A stretch of 64,000 nt of DNA from NCBI RefSeq assembly GCF_030144855.1, contig NC_082729.1:35340001-35404000 (forward strand). Direction: 5' to 3'. This document shows positions 1 through 11,713 of the stretch, piece after piece. A model generated the notes under the pieces. That model made no database searches. It was not told the DNA's origin and was given only the letters and a program-made list of their open reading frames with translations. The position numbers were made by a program, and so were the translations under genes. Position 1 is the stretch's first letter. Every line of letters begins with the position of its first letter. The stretch comes from Hypanus sabinus (lineage: Eukaryota).

Positions 1-610
1 AGTGGAATATATTTTTCTTGATAGTTGTAAAATAACTCCTTAAATATACACCACTGATCAAGTACCGACCTACCCTTTAATCTATTTTCCCAATCCATCT
101 TAAGCAAGATGAACCGAGTGTGATTTCTACTGCTCTGGGTAGTTATGTCACTGCTTTCTGCAACATTCCAACAGTCTCCTTTATTTAAGCTCAGTACGCT
201 TGTTTGAGATCCAACCCTCTCATCCTCTAATTGAATATGGAATTCAACCATGTTATGGTCACTCATTCCAAGGGGATCCTTTACAAGGACATTTTTTATT
301 AGTCCTGTCTCATTACACAGGACCAGATCTAAGACTGCTTGCCCCCTTGTAGGCTCAGTAACGTATTGTTCAAGGAACCCATCCCGAATACACTCAATAA
401 ACTCTTCTTCAAGGCTGCCGTGTCCGACTTGATTAGTCCAGTCAATATGAGAGTTAAAATCCTCCATAATTATAGCTGTTCCCTTATTACAAGCCCCAAC
501 TATTTCCTGATTTATGCTCTGACCAACTGAATTACAGCTGTTTGGAGGCCTATAGACTACTCCCATCACTGCTTTTTTCCCTTTACTATTTCTTATTTCT
601 ACCCAAATTT
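1..610 (-). mobile_element. CR1 LINE ORF2 fragment (endonuclease region)
   Basis: Minus translation GFLEQYVTEPTRGQAVLDLVLCNE...DPLGMSDHNMVEF. Confidence 0.8.
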
Positions 611-2787
611 TAATGTGACAGGATTGGCTCATTGGATATTTGTATGAACGAGCAGGGGTACCTTATAAAGTGGCCACTGACTGTGTATGGAGTGTGAGAG
701 GTTGCAGCCCCTGTTTGAGTGCTTGAACGAGCTGCTCCTCAAGTTCTGACTGCACATCAATCCCATGCTCATCAACCACAGTAACACAGCATGGGAGGGT
801 GTCACTCAGGGATCTCTTGGTAGGCTCGTTCTTGGGCCTTGTCAAGATGGCCACGCACAGACCCAGGCAGCAGGCAGTCAAGGTCTCTGCTTGAGCCAAC
901 TGTCTGCCCTCTTCCAGTATTACATTCGAGCTGGAGCATCCATGGAAAGGTAATATGCATGCAATCTCTATGGCACAACGAGGGATTTCTATGAACGGTG
1001 CACCACCACCTTCCCAACACCACCACCAGCCCCCCACCAAGGGAATTGTGTGATTTGCAGACGACAGTAATCATATTTCATTTTGAAGTTGTTTAGACAC
1101 TGTTGTAAATCCCTGACCATTGTGTGCCTTTTGTACGTTCTAAAAAAACACAGCATATACATTTGGCAAGAGTCAAGCGCTGAGACCTGAGAAGGAGTCA
1201 CATCTGGCTGAAGCCCAAGGGAAAGTGTAATTTAACTCATCTTAAAGCTCTGAGGAAAGGGGGAACTATTACTTGCTGCCCTGAGAACAGAAAATGGTGT
1301 TTTACAGAGAGGCATGAGCTGCAAAAGAGAGGGCCAGCAGATTTTGTGAAAATCTTTTATTCTCCACAAACAATGCAGATTTATTTTTAGATTTACAGCG
1401 AATCCACTGAGATAATGATTAAGTTTAAGTTACAACAACAGTAATGGTCATACGTAAAGAAATACACCACATTTACTTTACAAAGAGAAGTGAAAATAGA
1501 GAAACCGGTGGTAAGGAAGTGGTTTACGGTGGCTTTGCGGCACAGCAGAGCAGAAGGGCTAAAATAGAGAGTGTGGAAGAAAATTATAAATAAAGTGTTA
1601 AAATATCTGAGTTGTTAACATCCTGCACCTTCATTTAATTAGCAATATCGCTAGTGCTGGCCTTAGTGCATAACACAGCTGTGTAAAGAAGACAGTGAAG
1701 GTCATAAATTGCAGGGAGGACCCTTGCAATCTCTCAGGCTAAGAAGTGTCCTGTTTATTCCCTCACAAACATAAAAATCAAATTATATCTTTCTACTTTA
1801 ACAACTTACTGGATCTTAGGATTTAGTTAACCATCTATAGATCATAAATAAAGATTCAGCATTCGGCCTGGGCTCTCAGCACACTTGCAATAATCCACAA
1901 AACGCTGGAGAAACTCAGCAGGCCAGGCAGCATCTATGGAAAAAAATTACAGTCGAAGTTTTGGGCCACCCTGCGGCACAATTGCACTTCTTTTAACTTT
2001 GATGTAATTGACTTTCTGTGTGTAAGCATGAAAAAAGGATATGACTATTTTTCCTTGGAAAACTTGGCGATCTCACTGTTAGTGAATCATTCTTCCTTAT
2101 TTGTGAATGAAGATATTCTCTAGTCACTTGGAAATCCGTGTAAAATGTATTTGTGACCAACTTGACTTGAATTTCCTTAGCAAATTAATTCCCCTAACAT
2201 TTCACTCCAACCTTAAGCCATGAACTCTAGTTCTGGACTCACCTAACCTCAGTGGAAAAGGCCTGCTTACAATTAGCTCATCTACACCCCTCATAACTTT
2301 GTCCACCTCTATCAAAACTCCTTTGGTTTCCTGTGCTCCAAGAATACAGTCTTAACCTATCCAACCTTTCCTCTAATCTAGTCCTGCAACTTTCAGCAAC
2401 ATCCTTGTAAATTTTCTTTGCATTCTTTCAATCTTATTGAAATCTTTTCTGTAGGTAGGCGACCAGAACTGAACACAACAATGCTCCATATTAGGCTTCA
2501 CCAGTGTATTGTACAACTTCAACATAACATCCCAACTCCTCTACTGAATACTTTGATTTATGAAAGAGAATGAGCCATTCGTTTTATGACCCACCCTACC
2601 TGTGACCTTATCTATCTGAAGGAGATTGCTGTTGTATAAACCAGACAATGCATGCAAATGGACGACTGACAGATGAAATACAGAATTTCAAACCTAATAC
2701 TGAAGAGAATGATATTCAGAAATCTGAGTGCACATAATTGCGACAGAGCAAGGGACAGACCACTGTGAAACATTGCAGATCCATTTC

Positions 2788-2960
2788 TCACTGAGAAGAG
2801 GGATTGATCCCGACTATCCAAGAGTTGCAGCCAGACAGTCGCGAACAAAAACATAAGGAGAGTCCAACTGCTGTGCCAAGTATTCCGATAATCAGTCCAC
2901 AGATCAAAACAGCAAGCTGGCTTGTATCCATTTCTTCAGCACTACTTTGCTGTTCCGGTT
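2788..2960 (-). CDS. WA: WA copy 1, exon 4 (connecting peptide, TM, cytoplasmic tail, stop)
   Basis: Acceptor tttgttcacag|; EPEQQSSAEEMDTSQLAVLICGLIIGILGTAVGLSLCF...SSQ*; TM has the class II alpha C-GxxxGxxGxxxG pattern. Spliced CDS 76+264+282+173 = 795 nt = 264 aa plus stop. Confidence 0.92.
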
Positions 2961-3494
2961 CTGTGAACAAAGCACATACTCATGTTTTGAACAAGGAACT
3001 AGTTTTTAAATCAGTTTGAACAAAGATGATGTACCAAAACTAAATTGTCCTCTTTCCTTTTTCCCTGTCTCGGCTGAATATACTTTCCAATAGCGAAGTA
3101 GGTGTTCCAAAAGCTCCAGGTGTCCAAGGTTTTCCTAAGATCAGCCCAAGATAGATTTTAGATACAAAATTATGAGGGGTATAGATCGGCTTTTTCCACT
3201 GAGGTTGAGTGGGGCTGCAACTAGAGGTCATAGATGAAGGGTGAAAGATGAAAAGCTTAAGGGGAAATTACTTCGCTCAAGTGATTGTGAGTGTGGAACG
3301 AACTGTTTGCGGATGTGGTGCATGCAAGCTTCACTTCAATGTTAAAGAGAAGTTTGGATAGGTATATAGATGTAGGGGTTTGGAGGGTTACGGTCGAGGG
3401 GAGTAGGCAGTTTAAATGGTTCAGCATGGACTAGGTGGGGCAAAGGTCCTACTTCTGTGCTGTACTTTTCTATGACTAAATAGCTATTGATGAA

Positions 3495-3750
3495 CGAAAA
3501 CACTGTAGTGCAGAGGTTAGCACAAAACAGCACCAGTAACCACGTTCAATTCCTGCAGCTGCCTGCAAGTTGTTTGTATGTTCTCCTTATGACTGAATGG
3601 GTTTCCACCAGGTGCTCCAGTTTCCTCCCACAGTTCAATGGCGTACCAGTTGGTGGGTTAATTGGTCATTGTAAATTGTCCTGTGATTAGGCTAGTGTTA
3701 AATTCGGCAGTTGCTGGGTGGTGCAGCTGGAAGGGCCTATTATGTGCTGT
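3495..3750 (+). mobile_element. tRNA-derived V-SINE (paralogous copy ~26440-26700; another at ~60775-61015)
   Basis: tRNA-like head with B box GTTCAATTCC followed by the V-domain GGGTTTCC..GGTGCTCC..TTTCCTCCCACA. Confidence 0.7.
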
Positions 3751-4545
3751 ATCAATATTGGCAGTATGGTTGATCAACATAAAACCAAAATAGTCTCATT
3801 GCATCCTCACATTCCACTGGGAATTGCTGGATACTGAGTGTAAACAGGAACATGAGCTGGTTTTCCTCTCACTGACCTAACAGACCAACAAGAGTTAAAA
3901 CCAATCTCGTCCAAGGTGGAGTGCTTCAGCCTTACCCCTCATTAGTGAATCTATGGACAGGCTCCAGATTGGATTGAAGTGGTACAAGGTGCAGCCAGGC
4001 TAGCTCAAATATGCTAGGGGTTCCTTGTATTTGCTAAGTTCCTGATCTCAACAACACTTCCACTGGAAAATACTGTCAGTCAGCACTGCCGGCAATGAGA
4101 TGGATTTCAGAGATTAGCTTTATTTGCTATGTGTACATTGAAAGATCAAAACACGTCGAGAAATGCATCAAATCATAACAGTGAGGATTGTGCTGAGGAC
4201 AGCTCGCAAATGCCACCACACTTCTGGTGCCAACATAGCAACCCACAACTCACTAACCTTAACCCATACATCTTTGAAACATGGAAGGAAAGCGGTGCGC
4301 CTGCACAAACCCTATGCGGTCACAGACAAAACATACAAAATCCTTACAGTCAGCAGTTGGAATCAAACCTCGATCTTAAAGTTGGTGCTGTAAACCACTG
4401 CACTAACTGCCATGCTACTCTGCTGCCCTGTATCATTTACCTCAGAGTATTTTCAAAGTTCAAAACGTAACTTTAGTATCAAAGTACCCATCGTTTTCCT
4501 GTAGATGTACTCAATAAATCTATAATAACCATAACATTCTCTTAC

Positions 4546-4827
4546 CCCAGTAAATTACTCTTTCCTCTTTGGTGATGTTATGGAGCACTCTACAAGAGTA
4601 TATGTCACCGTCTGCTGGCTGGATGTATGTGTAGTGGAGCACCTGAAATCGCCAATCTTTGCCAAATGAGAGGTGTGAGGAGTTAACTTCGCCACTGACA
4701 GGCTGCTCGTTCTTCTGTAATGTTACGATCACGGTCGGTGGGAAAAAGCCGCTGACGAAACAGGTCAAAGTGTTTACCTCTCCGATGACAGCTGGTTTCT
4801 CTGAGTACAGAAAGAGCTCACCGATTT
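4546..4827 (-). CDS. WA: WA copy 1, exon 3 (alpha2, beta2-microglobulin-like Ig C1-set domain)
   Basis: 282 nt, phase 1-1, ttaatttag| and |GTAAGA; LYSEKP...NTLTCFVSGFFPP...HLSFGKDWRF...YSCRVLH...YW retains both Ig cysteines and the b2m-type L54/F56/D59/W60/F62 motif. Confidence 0.93.
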
Positions 4828-6397
4828 CTAAATTAACAAATTAAAGTTTTTTTTGTCAGTTGTTCTAGATGATGATTAATTCGTATCAGTCATAGATGCA
4901 AAGTTCAAAAGTTCAAAGTAAATTTACGATCTAAGTACATATATACAGCCCTGAGATTTAATTTCTTGTGGGCATACTTGGTAAATCCAATAAACATAAA
5001 TTAATCAATGGAAGATCGCACCCAACGGGTAGACTAACAAATTGTCTGTAAAACACAGCAAACTGTGCAAATACAGAAGTCAAAAATAATAACAAGAAAT
5101 AAATAAACAATAAATAGGGAGAACATGAGATGAAGAGTCCTGGAAAGTGAATCCATAGGTGTGGGAAAATTTCAGCGATGGGGCAAGTGAAACTATTACA
5201 ACTGATTCAAGAGCCTGATGAACAACTGTTCCTGAATAAGGTGGTGTCAGCCCTGAGGCTCCTGTACCTTTTCCTGATAGCAGCAGCAAGAAGAGTGCAT
5301 GATCTGCTGTTCTCCAAGATTGACAACTCACTGCCGGCAACACAACCATAGTGGGAAGATAGCCAGCCCAGTCCATGTAATTTCATTTAGCAATGCCAAT
5401 TCAGTGTTACTGCAGAGAAATAAAGCAGCCAGAAACATTTTGCTGCAGGCAGGTGAAGTAGGTTCTTGTTGATCTGCCATTGGACCCACTTTGACAATCA
5501 ATGTTCACATCAGTCATCTGATGGAAGCATGGGAGAGGAACCAACTGCCAGTGTGATCCTGATACAACAAAGGATTAATTATGCCAGTGTGCCACAGTGC
5601 CAGCCAATTTTGTACACACTCTTAACTCAAATTTCCAACTAAAGTATTCAGTCAAATGATTGTTAAGAAGGCATTGTAATGTGTTGGCCATTGTTAGTTG
5701 AGGGTTGAGTTCAAGAGTTGTGAAGTAATGTTTAGACCAAACTTGTTTGTGTTCAATTCTAATTGCTTCATTATAACAAGGATGAAGAACTTTATAGAGG
5801 ATGCAGAGGAGGTTTACAGGATGGTGTCTGGATTAGAAAACATCTCTTACGAGGACAGATTGAGTAGGTTAGGGCTTAACTCTTCAGAGAGGAGGAGGAT
5901 GAGCAGTGACTTGATAGAGGTGTACAAGATAATAAGAGGCATAGACAGACTGGACAGCCAAAGACTTTTTCCCAGGGTGGAAATGGCGAATGCAATAGGG
6001 CATAACTTTGAGGTGTTTGGAGGAAAGCACAGGGTGGGGGAGGGGTATTGTCGGATGGAGAGTTTTGAGTTCAAGAGCTGGGTGGTAATGTTGTAGCTCC
6101 GTAAAACTCTGGTTTGTGGGTGCGTGGAACACCCTGCCAGGGGTGGTGGTGGATGTCGATAAATTAGGTTCATTTAAGAAACTCTTAGAGACGCACACAG
6201 ATGAAAAGAAATTGAAGACTGTGCAGGTGAAAGGGTTTCACCTTGATGGATCTTGGTGTAGTTTGAAAGGTCATCACAACATGGTGGGCCAAAGGGCCTG
6301 TACTGTCTATACTGTGAGCTAAATCCATACTGAGGACACTTTATTGGGCTGATGGTAGTCAGTACACTGAGCAGCTCACATTCCTATCTTGACTCAC

Positions 6398-6661
6398 CAT
6401 TTGAGGGAAGCGAGTTTTTGGTTAACAACATCGCTTCATCCATCAGCTTCTTTCCAAATACGATCACGCTGTCCTTATCTTCTGCCAACAGCTCTTCAAT
6501 AATGGCACGGAATGGTTCTAAGCTGGCCACATGAAACTGTGGTCTCGGCAATGTGGTGTCATAGTAACCAATGCTTCTATCCTGAGTCTTCACCTCACCT
6601 CCCCCAGCTGGTGGGCGGGGGTCATCTGTAAGGAAGACGATGACTGCCAATGTGTCTGTCT
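6398..6661 (-). CDS. WA: WA copy 1, exon 2 (alpha1 domain, ETDTLAVIVF...QDRSIGYYD...SLPSN)
   Basis: 264 nt, phase 1-1, acceptor gtcctttcag| and donor |GTGAGT; open frame; QDxxIxYYD aligns with class II alpha1 DGDEIFHVD; amphipathic C-terminal helix. Confidence 0.88.
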
Positions 6662-6985
6662 CTGAAAGGACAAACAGATTATTGTAAAAAGAAAACTTTT
6701 AATCACATTGTCAATGTTCGCAACTAATGTTTAAACAATACTCAGTGGCCACATTAGGTATATGTACTCATTAACATAAATATCTTATTAGAGAATCATA
6801 TGGCAGCATAAAAACATGCCGGAATGGTCAAGAGGTTCAGTTGGCACACGTCGTAAATGGTGTGGAGTATTCAGGGACACAGGGACCTTGGTGTAGAAGG
6901 GTTGCACACAGAGTGAACTGTGGGGAGTATAAAAGGATAATGAAACATTGCTGTATGAGGGCAAAAGACAAAATTCATAAATAGT

Positions 6986-7272
6986 GGGACCTCAATGTAC
7001 AAGGCTAGGACAAACACTGTTTAGGTTAGGGAGTGTTGAGGGATAAAGGGACCTCAGTGTATAGGGCTAGGACAAACACTGTTTAGGTTAGGGAGTGTTG
7101 AGTGATAAAGGGACCTCAATGTACAAGGCTAGGACAAACACTTTTTAGGTTAGGGAGTGTTGAGTGATAAAGGGACCTCAGTGTACAAGGCTAGGACAAA
7201 CACAGTTTAGGTTAGGGAGTGTTGAGTTATAAAGGGACCTCAGTGTATAAGGGTAGGACAAACACTGTTTAT
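6986..7272 (+). repeat. 62-bp tandem repeat (4 full units plus a partial) within an older degenerate ~60-bp array (~6830-8110)
   Basis: GGGACCTC starts at 6986, 7048, 7110, 7172, 7234; single unit at ~30196 in copy 2. Confidence 0.9.
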
Positions 7273-8329
7273 GACAGGCAGTGTCAAGGGATAGAGGAAT
7301 CTCAGTGTACAAGGATGAGACAAACAGGAAAAAATCAAACAAGCATCAATGGAAGATAGTACAGTCAATGTTTCAGGCCAAGACCTTACAGCAGAGGGAT
7401 ACAGGGTCCTACTGAAAGGTCTTGGCCCGAAACTTTGACTGTACTTTTTCCATAGATGCTGCCTGGTCTGCTGAGTTCCTCCAGCATTTTGCGTGCATTG
7501 GAAGGGTAAAACAAACACTGTTTATTATAGTGAGAGTCAAGGGATAGAGGGATCTCAGTGTACAAGGGTAGGATATGCATATCGAATGGTGGTGATTGTC
7601 AAGGGACAGAGGATCACAGTATATAGGGCAAGACACACCATAAGTGGCAGGGAGAGTCGGGGTTCAAGTGCAATTTTGTGTACAAGCATGAGAGACTATG
7701 TGACTGGTGAGGAGTTTCGAGAGACAGAGTGACCTCAGTATTTGAGGGTAGGAAACACATCATGAATGGTGTGGAGAATCAAGGGAAAGAGGGACCTCGG
7801 TGTACATGGGTAGGAGACACACAGTGAACACTGGGCAGTGTTAAGTTTCAGAGGGTGTTGGCATTACAAGGGGAGAGCACACAGGAATATCCAGGGGCAG
7901 ATGGTGTTCAAAGGTAGGGCACACACCACAAATGGTGTAGGGAGTCCAGGAACAGAGGAACTTCACTGTCAAAGGGTTGGACACACTCACACAAACAGTG
8001 TGTTGGGAAGTGTCAATGGACAATGGGATTTCACATCATAATTGTAGGACATACACACTATGAACAGTGGGGAGTATCGAAGGACAGATGGACTAGGACG
8101 CACACTTTGGTTTTGTGGCATTCAGTGCAAGGTTGCTGTTGCAACACCACTCAACCAGCTGATCTATCTCAATCATCTAAAATTCTGCCAACAACAGTTG
8201 TGTCAACAGCAATTTTTCGAGGTAGCATTTGAACTGTGGCTAACCACACAGTTGTAAGTGTAGGGAGTAGGGCAGTGGGCTAAGCAAACATCCTTTAAAT
8301 GAGCCAGTGGGTCAGCGAGAAGATGTTAG

Positions 8330-8590
8330 TTCCAATCTGAATTGACCATGGAAACTCAAGGATCCAGTTGCAGAGGGAAGTTCAGAGGCCCAGATTATGG
8401 GGCTTGTTGATTAGTACCGAGAACAGGATGGTGTTGAACCCTGATCTGTAATCAATAAACAGCAGCCTGATGTAGGTGAGGCTGATGTCCAGGTGCTGCA
8501 AGACTGAGTGTAGAGCCAGTGAGAATGAATCCACTGTAGACCTATTGTTGCGACAGACAAACTGCAGGAGTTTCAGGCCACCCTTGAAAC
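8330..8590 (-). mobile_element. Rex1/Babar-type LINE RT fragment (others ~30730-30960, 43816-44140; 3' ends ~13555-13850 and 56340-57000)
   Basis: SLALHSVLQHLD...YIRLLFIDYRSGFNTI motif. Confidence 0.7.
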
Positions 8591-11387
8591 TCGAAGTGGA
8601 TGAGCTGCAGCAGCAGAACGCCATGAACGGAAACTCAGTGGCCACCTTGTCCGGTACGGGAGGTACAAACGTCACTGGTGTCAACTACAAGCACAGTCTG
8701 AGGATTGTGCTGGACAGTCACAAGTGTCGCCGTGCTTTGGGGATAAGTTCCTGGATCCTGGTTACTCCTTCTTTTGCTACCTTTGAGCGGTTTGATCAGG
8801 GCAATCTATGTGATATGCATTGCTTAGCAAAGAATGCTGAATACTACTAGATCCCTGGTTTGGTGTTTGAAATTCTATGTGTTGTCCACTCATAAGTGTA
8901 TCCTGTATAAACACTTTGATAATAAATGTACTTTGAATCTTAGAATTACTTGCATTATACCAATGTTTTTTACGATCATGTCTTCTTAGGCTAAGGATGA
9001 TATGTTACTACAAATTGTGAATATTTTTAATATGGAGTGGCTCTTGTACACCATTTACCACATGATGTTGAAAAGAATGAGGTCTTGGTCAATGATGAGG
9101 AGTTCCAATGCAACTGGACACCAGACCTTAGGTATGGAAATTAAACACAAACACCTACTCACTCCCACTGACCACTTTATTAGACATCTCCTGTACCTAA
9201 TAAAGTGACCACTGAGTGTAAGTACATGGTCTTCTGCTGTGCCATCCGCTTCAAGGATCGACGTGTTGGGTGTTCAGAGATGCTCTTCTGCACACCACAG
9301 CTGGTACACATGGTTATGAGTTAGTCGCCTTCCTGTCCAATTGAACCAGTCTGGCCAGTCTCCACTGACCTCTCATATCGAATGAAGCTAAAGACTTGAA
9401 CTCGTGAAGGAGGCAAGTGAAAATACAAGGTGTAGTTCAATTGCCCATCCATCTTGTAAAACTCTATCAAGTCACCCATCATCGTCTTTGTCTCAAAAGA
9501 GAATAGCCCTAGTTTGCTCAACCTACCTTCATAAGACATGTTCTCAAATTCGAGTAAAGCTCCTCTGCACCCCTTCTAAAGCTTCCACATCCTTCCTATA
9601 ATAAGGGAACCAGAACTGAACACAATATTTCAAGTGTGATCCAATCAGGGTTTCCTGAGGAAATTCACATCTCGAGTGCGACTTCCCCAATTGCTCATTC
9701 AGAATGGAGATGAGGAATTATTTTCAAGAGGGCTGGGAGTTTCTACTCTCTGTACTCCAGAAAGCTAAGGAGCCAGGGCCATTGGATATAATTAAGAGAA
9801 AGGTCGATGTTTGATCTACAGGGGAGCCATGAGTTGTAGAGAACAAACAGGAATTTGAGAACAAAATCATTGATCAAATAAAGTCTTCTCGGGTTTAGGT
9901 GCAGGTACCAATTGAAGCCCGAGAAGAATTTATTTGTCATCTATGCCGGGAAAACACAATATCCTTTTTCAAATATTGGCCCCGGAATATTGAGAAAAAT
10001 TCCCTTGCTCTTTATGTAGTGTGTCTTATGACTCACCCAAAAATAAGTCACCCATCTACATAAGTACACAAATCTCAACCAGGATCCCACTCTGTGACAA
10101 GGTCAACCTTGTGTACATGGCAAGATCCCACTCAAAAGTTACACAACATCCCAACCAATCCATACACAATGGAAACAAGAGGGCACAGATTTCCAGTGAA
10201 AGGAATAAGTTATAAAGGGGATCTGATGGGGATACGCTTTTTTCTCTTACATAAAGAATGGTTGATATCTAGAATGAGCGGCCAGCGGAGGCTGTGGATA
10301 AGGGCACAATCACTACGTTTAAAAGATATTTCAACAGACATGTAAAGGGGCAAGGTGTGAAATTATATTCAAAGTACATGTAACATGTATCATCAGGATA
10401 TGGTCCTAATGTTGTGCAAGGGGTGGTGGGATTAGCATACGTGGGCAAAAACGTCAGCAAACACATGTGGTGGGCAAAAGGGTTGTACTAGTTGTACAAG
10501 TCTATAACACTACAACAACCCCCATCCAGTCTGTACGTGGCAAGCACCCATGCAACACGGGCAAGGCACAATCAAACAAATTCCCTTTCAATCCATAGCA
10601 CAGCCCCCACGCAACAAGTGCAGGGCAAGATCCCACAACACAATTCCTCCCTCCCCATCCCTGCATGCCCACAGCAAGATCCCACCAACCATGTGCACGG
10701 AACAGTAAATCACAGTACCAGCCCTTCGGTCCACATTGTTGTGCTAACCCTTTGATCCACCCCAGAAGCCATCTAATCCTTCCCTCACACACAAGCCTCC
10801 ATTTTTCTATCACTCATGTACCTATCTAAGAGTCTCTTAAATGCCCTTAATAACAACCCTAGCTGTGCACCTGAATATAGTACCTCTGACCCATACCTTC
10901 CTCTAAACACCTTAAAAGTTATGCCCCCTCATGTTAGCCATTGCCACCCTGGGACAAAGTCTTCCACCGTCCACTCCATCCGTGTCTCTTATCATCTTGT
11001 ACACCTTTATCAAATCACCTCTCATCCTCCTTCACTTCAAAGAGAAAAGCCCTAACTTGCTCCTGAATGAGACACGCTCTCTAATCCCGGTAAATCTCCT
11101 CTTCTCTTATCTAAAGCTTCCACGTCCCAATTTAAATATCCTATATTAAACTTGGTTCTGATCCTTCCCAGAAGGAATACAATACAGTATTCCAAGTGTG
11201 CTGGAACCAGGTAGTTTAACACCAAGCCAGCAAGACCTGAAGTAGTACGTGCTTTGCAAGATCCGAACGCTACCGCCCTCCCCACCCCAAGACACGGTTG
11301 GTGACCCCAGCGACGCCGACTCAGCAAGATCCCACCCTCAGCAGCAGGTTGACCGGGCGGCGATCGCAGCGACAGGAATCGACTCAC

Positions 11388-11463
11388 CGGCCACCGAGTA
11401 GGCAGACCCCGAACAGGGGACGAGGAGCAGGAGGAGCGCCCAAGCAGCAGGATAACGACCCAT
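11388..11463 (-). CDS. WA: MHC W-category alpha chain, copy 1, exon 1 (signal peptide MGRYPAAWALLLLLVPCSGSAYSVA)
   Basis: ATG at 11463 in gccATGG context; 25 codons plus 1 nt; hydrophobic leader; phase-1 donor G|GTGAGT; CpG-rich surroundings. Confidence 0.9.
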
Positions 11464-11713
11464 GGCTGAGACCGTCCCGAAAGCAAAAAGAGCGGCGGCA
11501 GCAGGAGGAGACGCCGCCAACATTCAACCAGCCCACCGACCTCACTCTCCTCCTCCTCGACCCAGCCCAAACCTGGTTTCGCTTCTCCTCCGGCGAGAGT
11601 GCGAGCCGCCCACCATTGGTGACGGCGCGCGCCCGGGGAGCGCGTGCATCCCTCGTTGCTTACCGCGAGCGCCCGGCAAACGCGAGCGGCCCCGTTGGTG
11701 ATTGCGCGCGCGG

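Noticed and set aside
4129-4470. 113-aa plus-strand ORF preserved in both copies (also 27090-27431)
   Set aside because: It is antisense within WA intron 3, has no recognisable domain, and its conservation is explained by the duplication or conversion.
4520-4827. Free-standing beta2-microglobulin gene
   Set aside because: The b2m-like exon is spliced in frame between an alpha1 exon and a TM exon; true b2m has neither.
6986-7272. CRISPR array or interstitial telomere
   Set aside because: Eukaryotic context; the units are contiguous with no unique spacers; only isolated TTAGGG words.
2788-11463. Classical MHC class II alpha gene
   Set aside because: The TM and exon layout fit, but alpha2 has the b2m-type F56/W60 motif (SFGKDWRF) rather than the class II alpha pattern, which points to W category.
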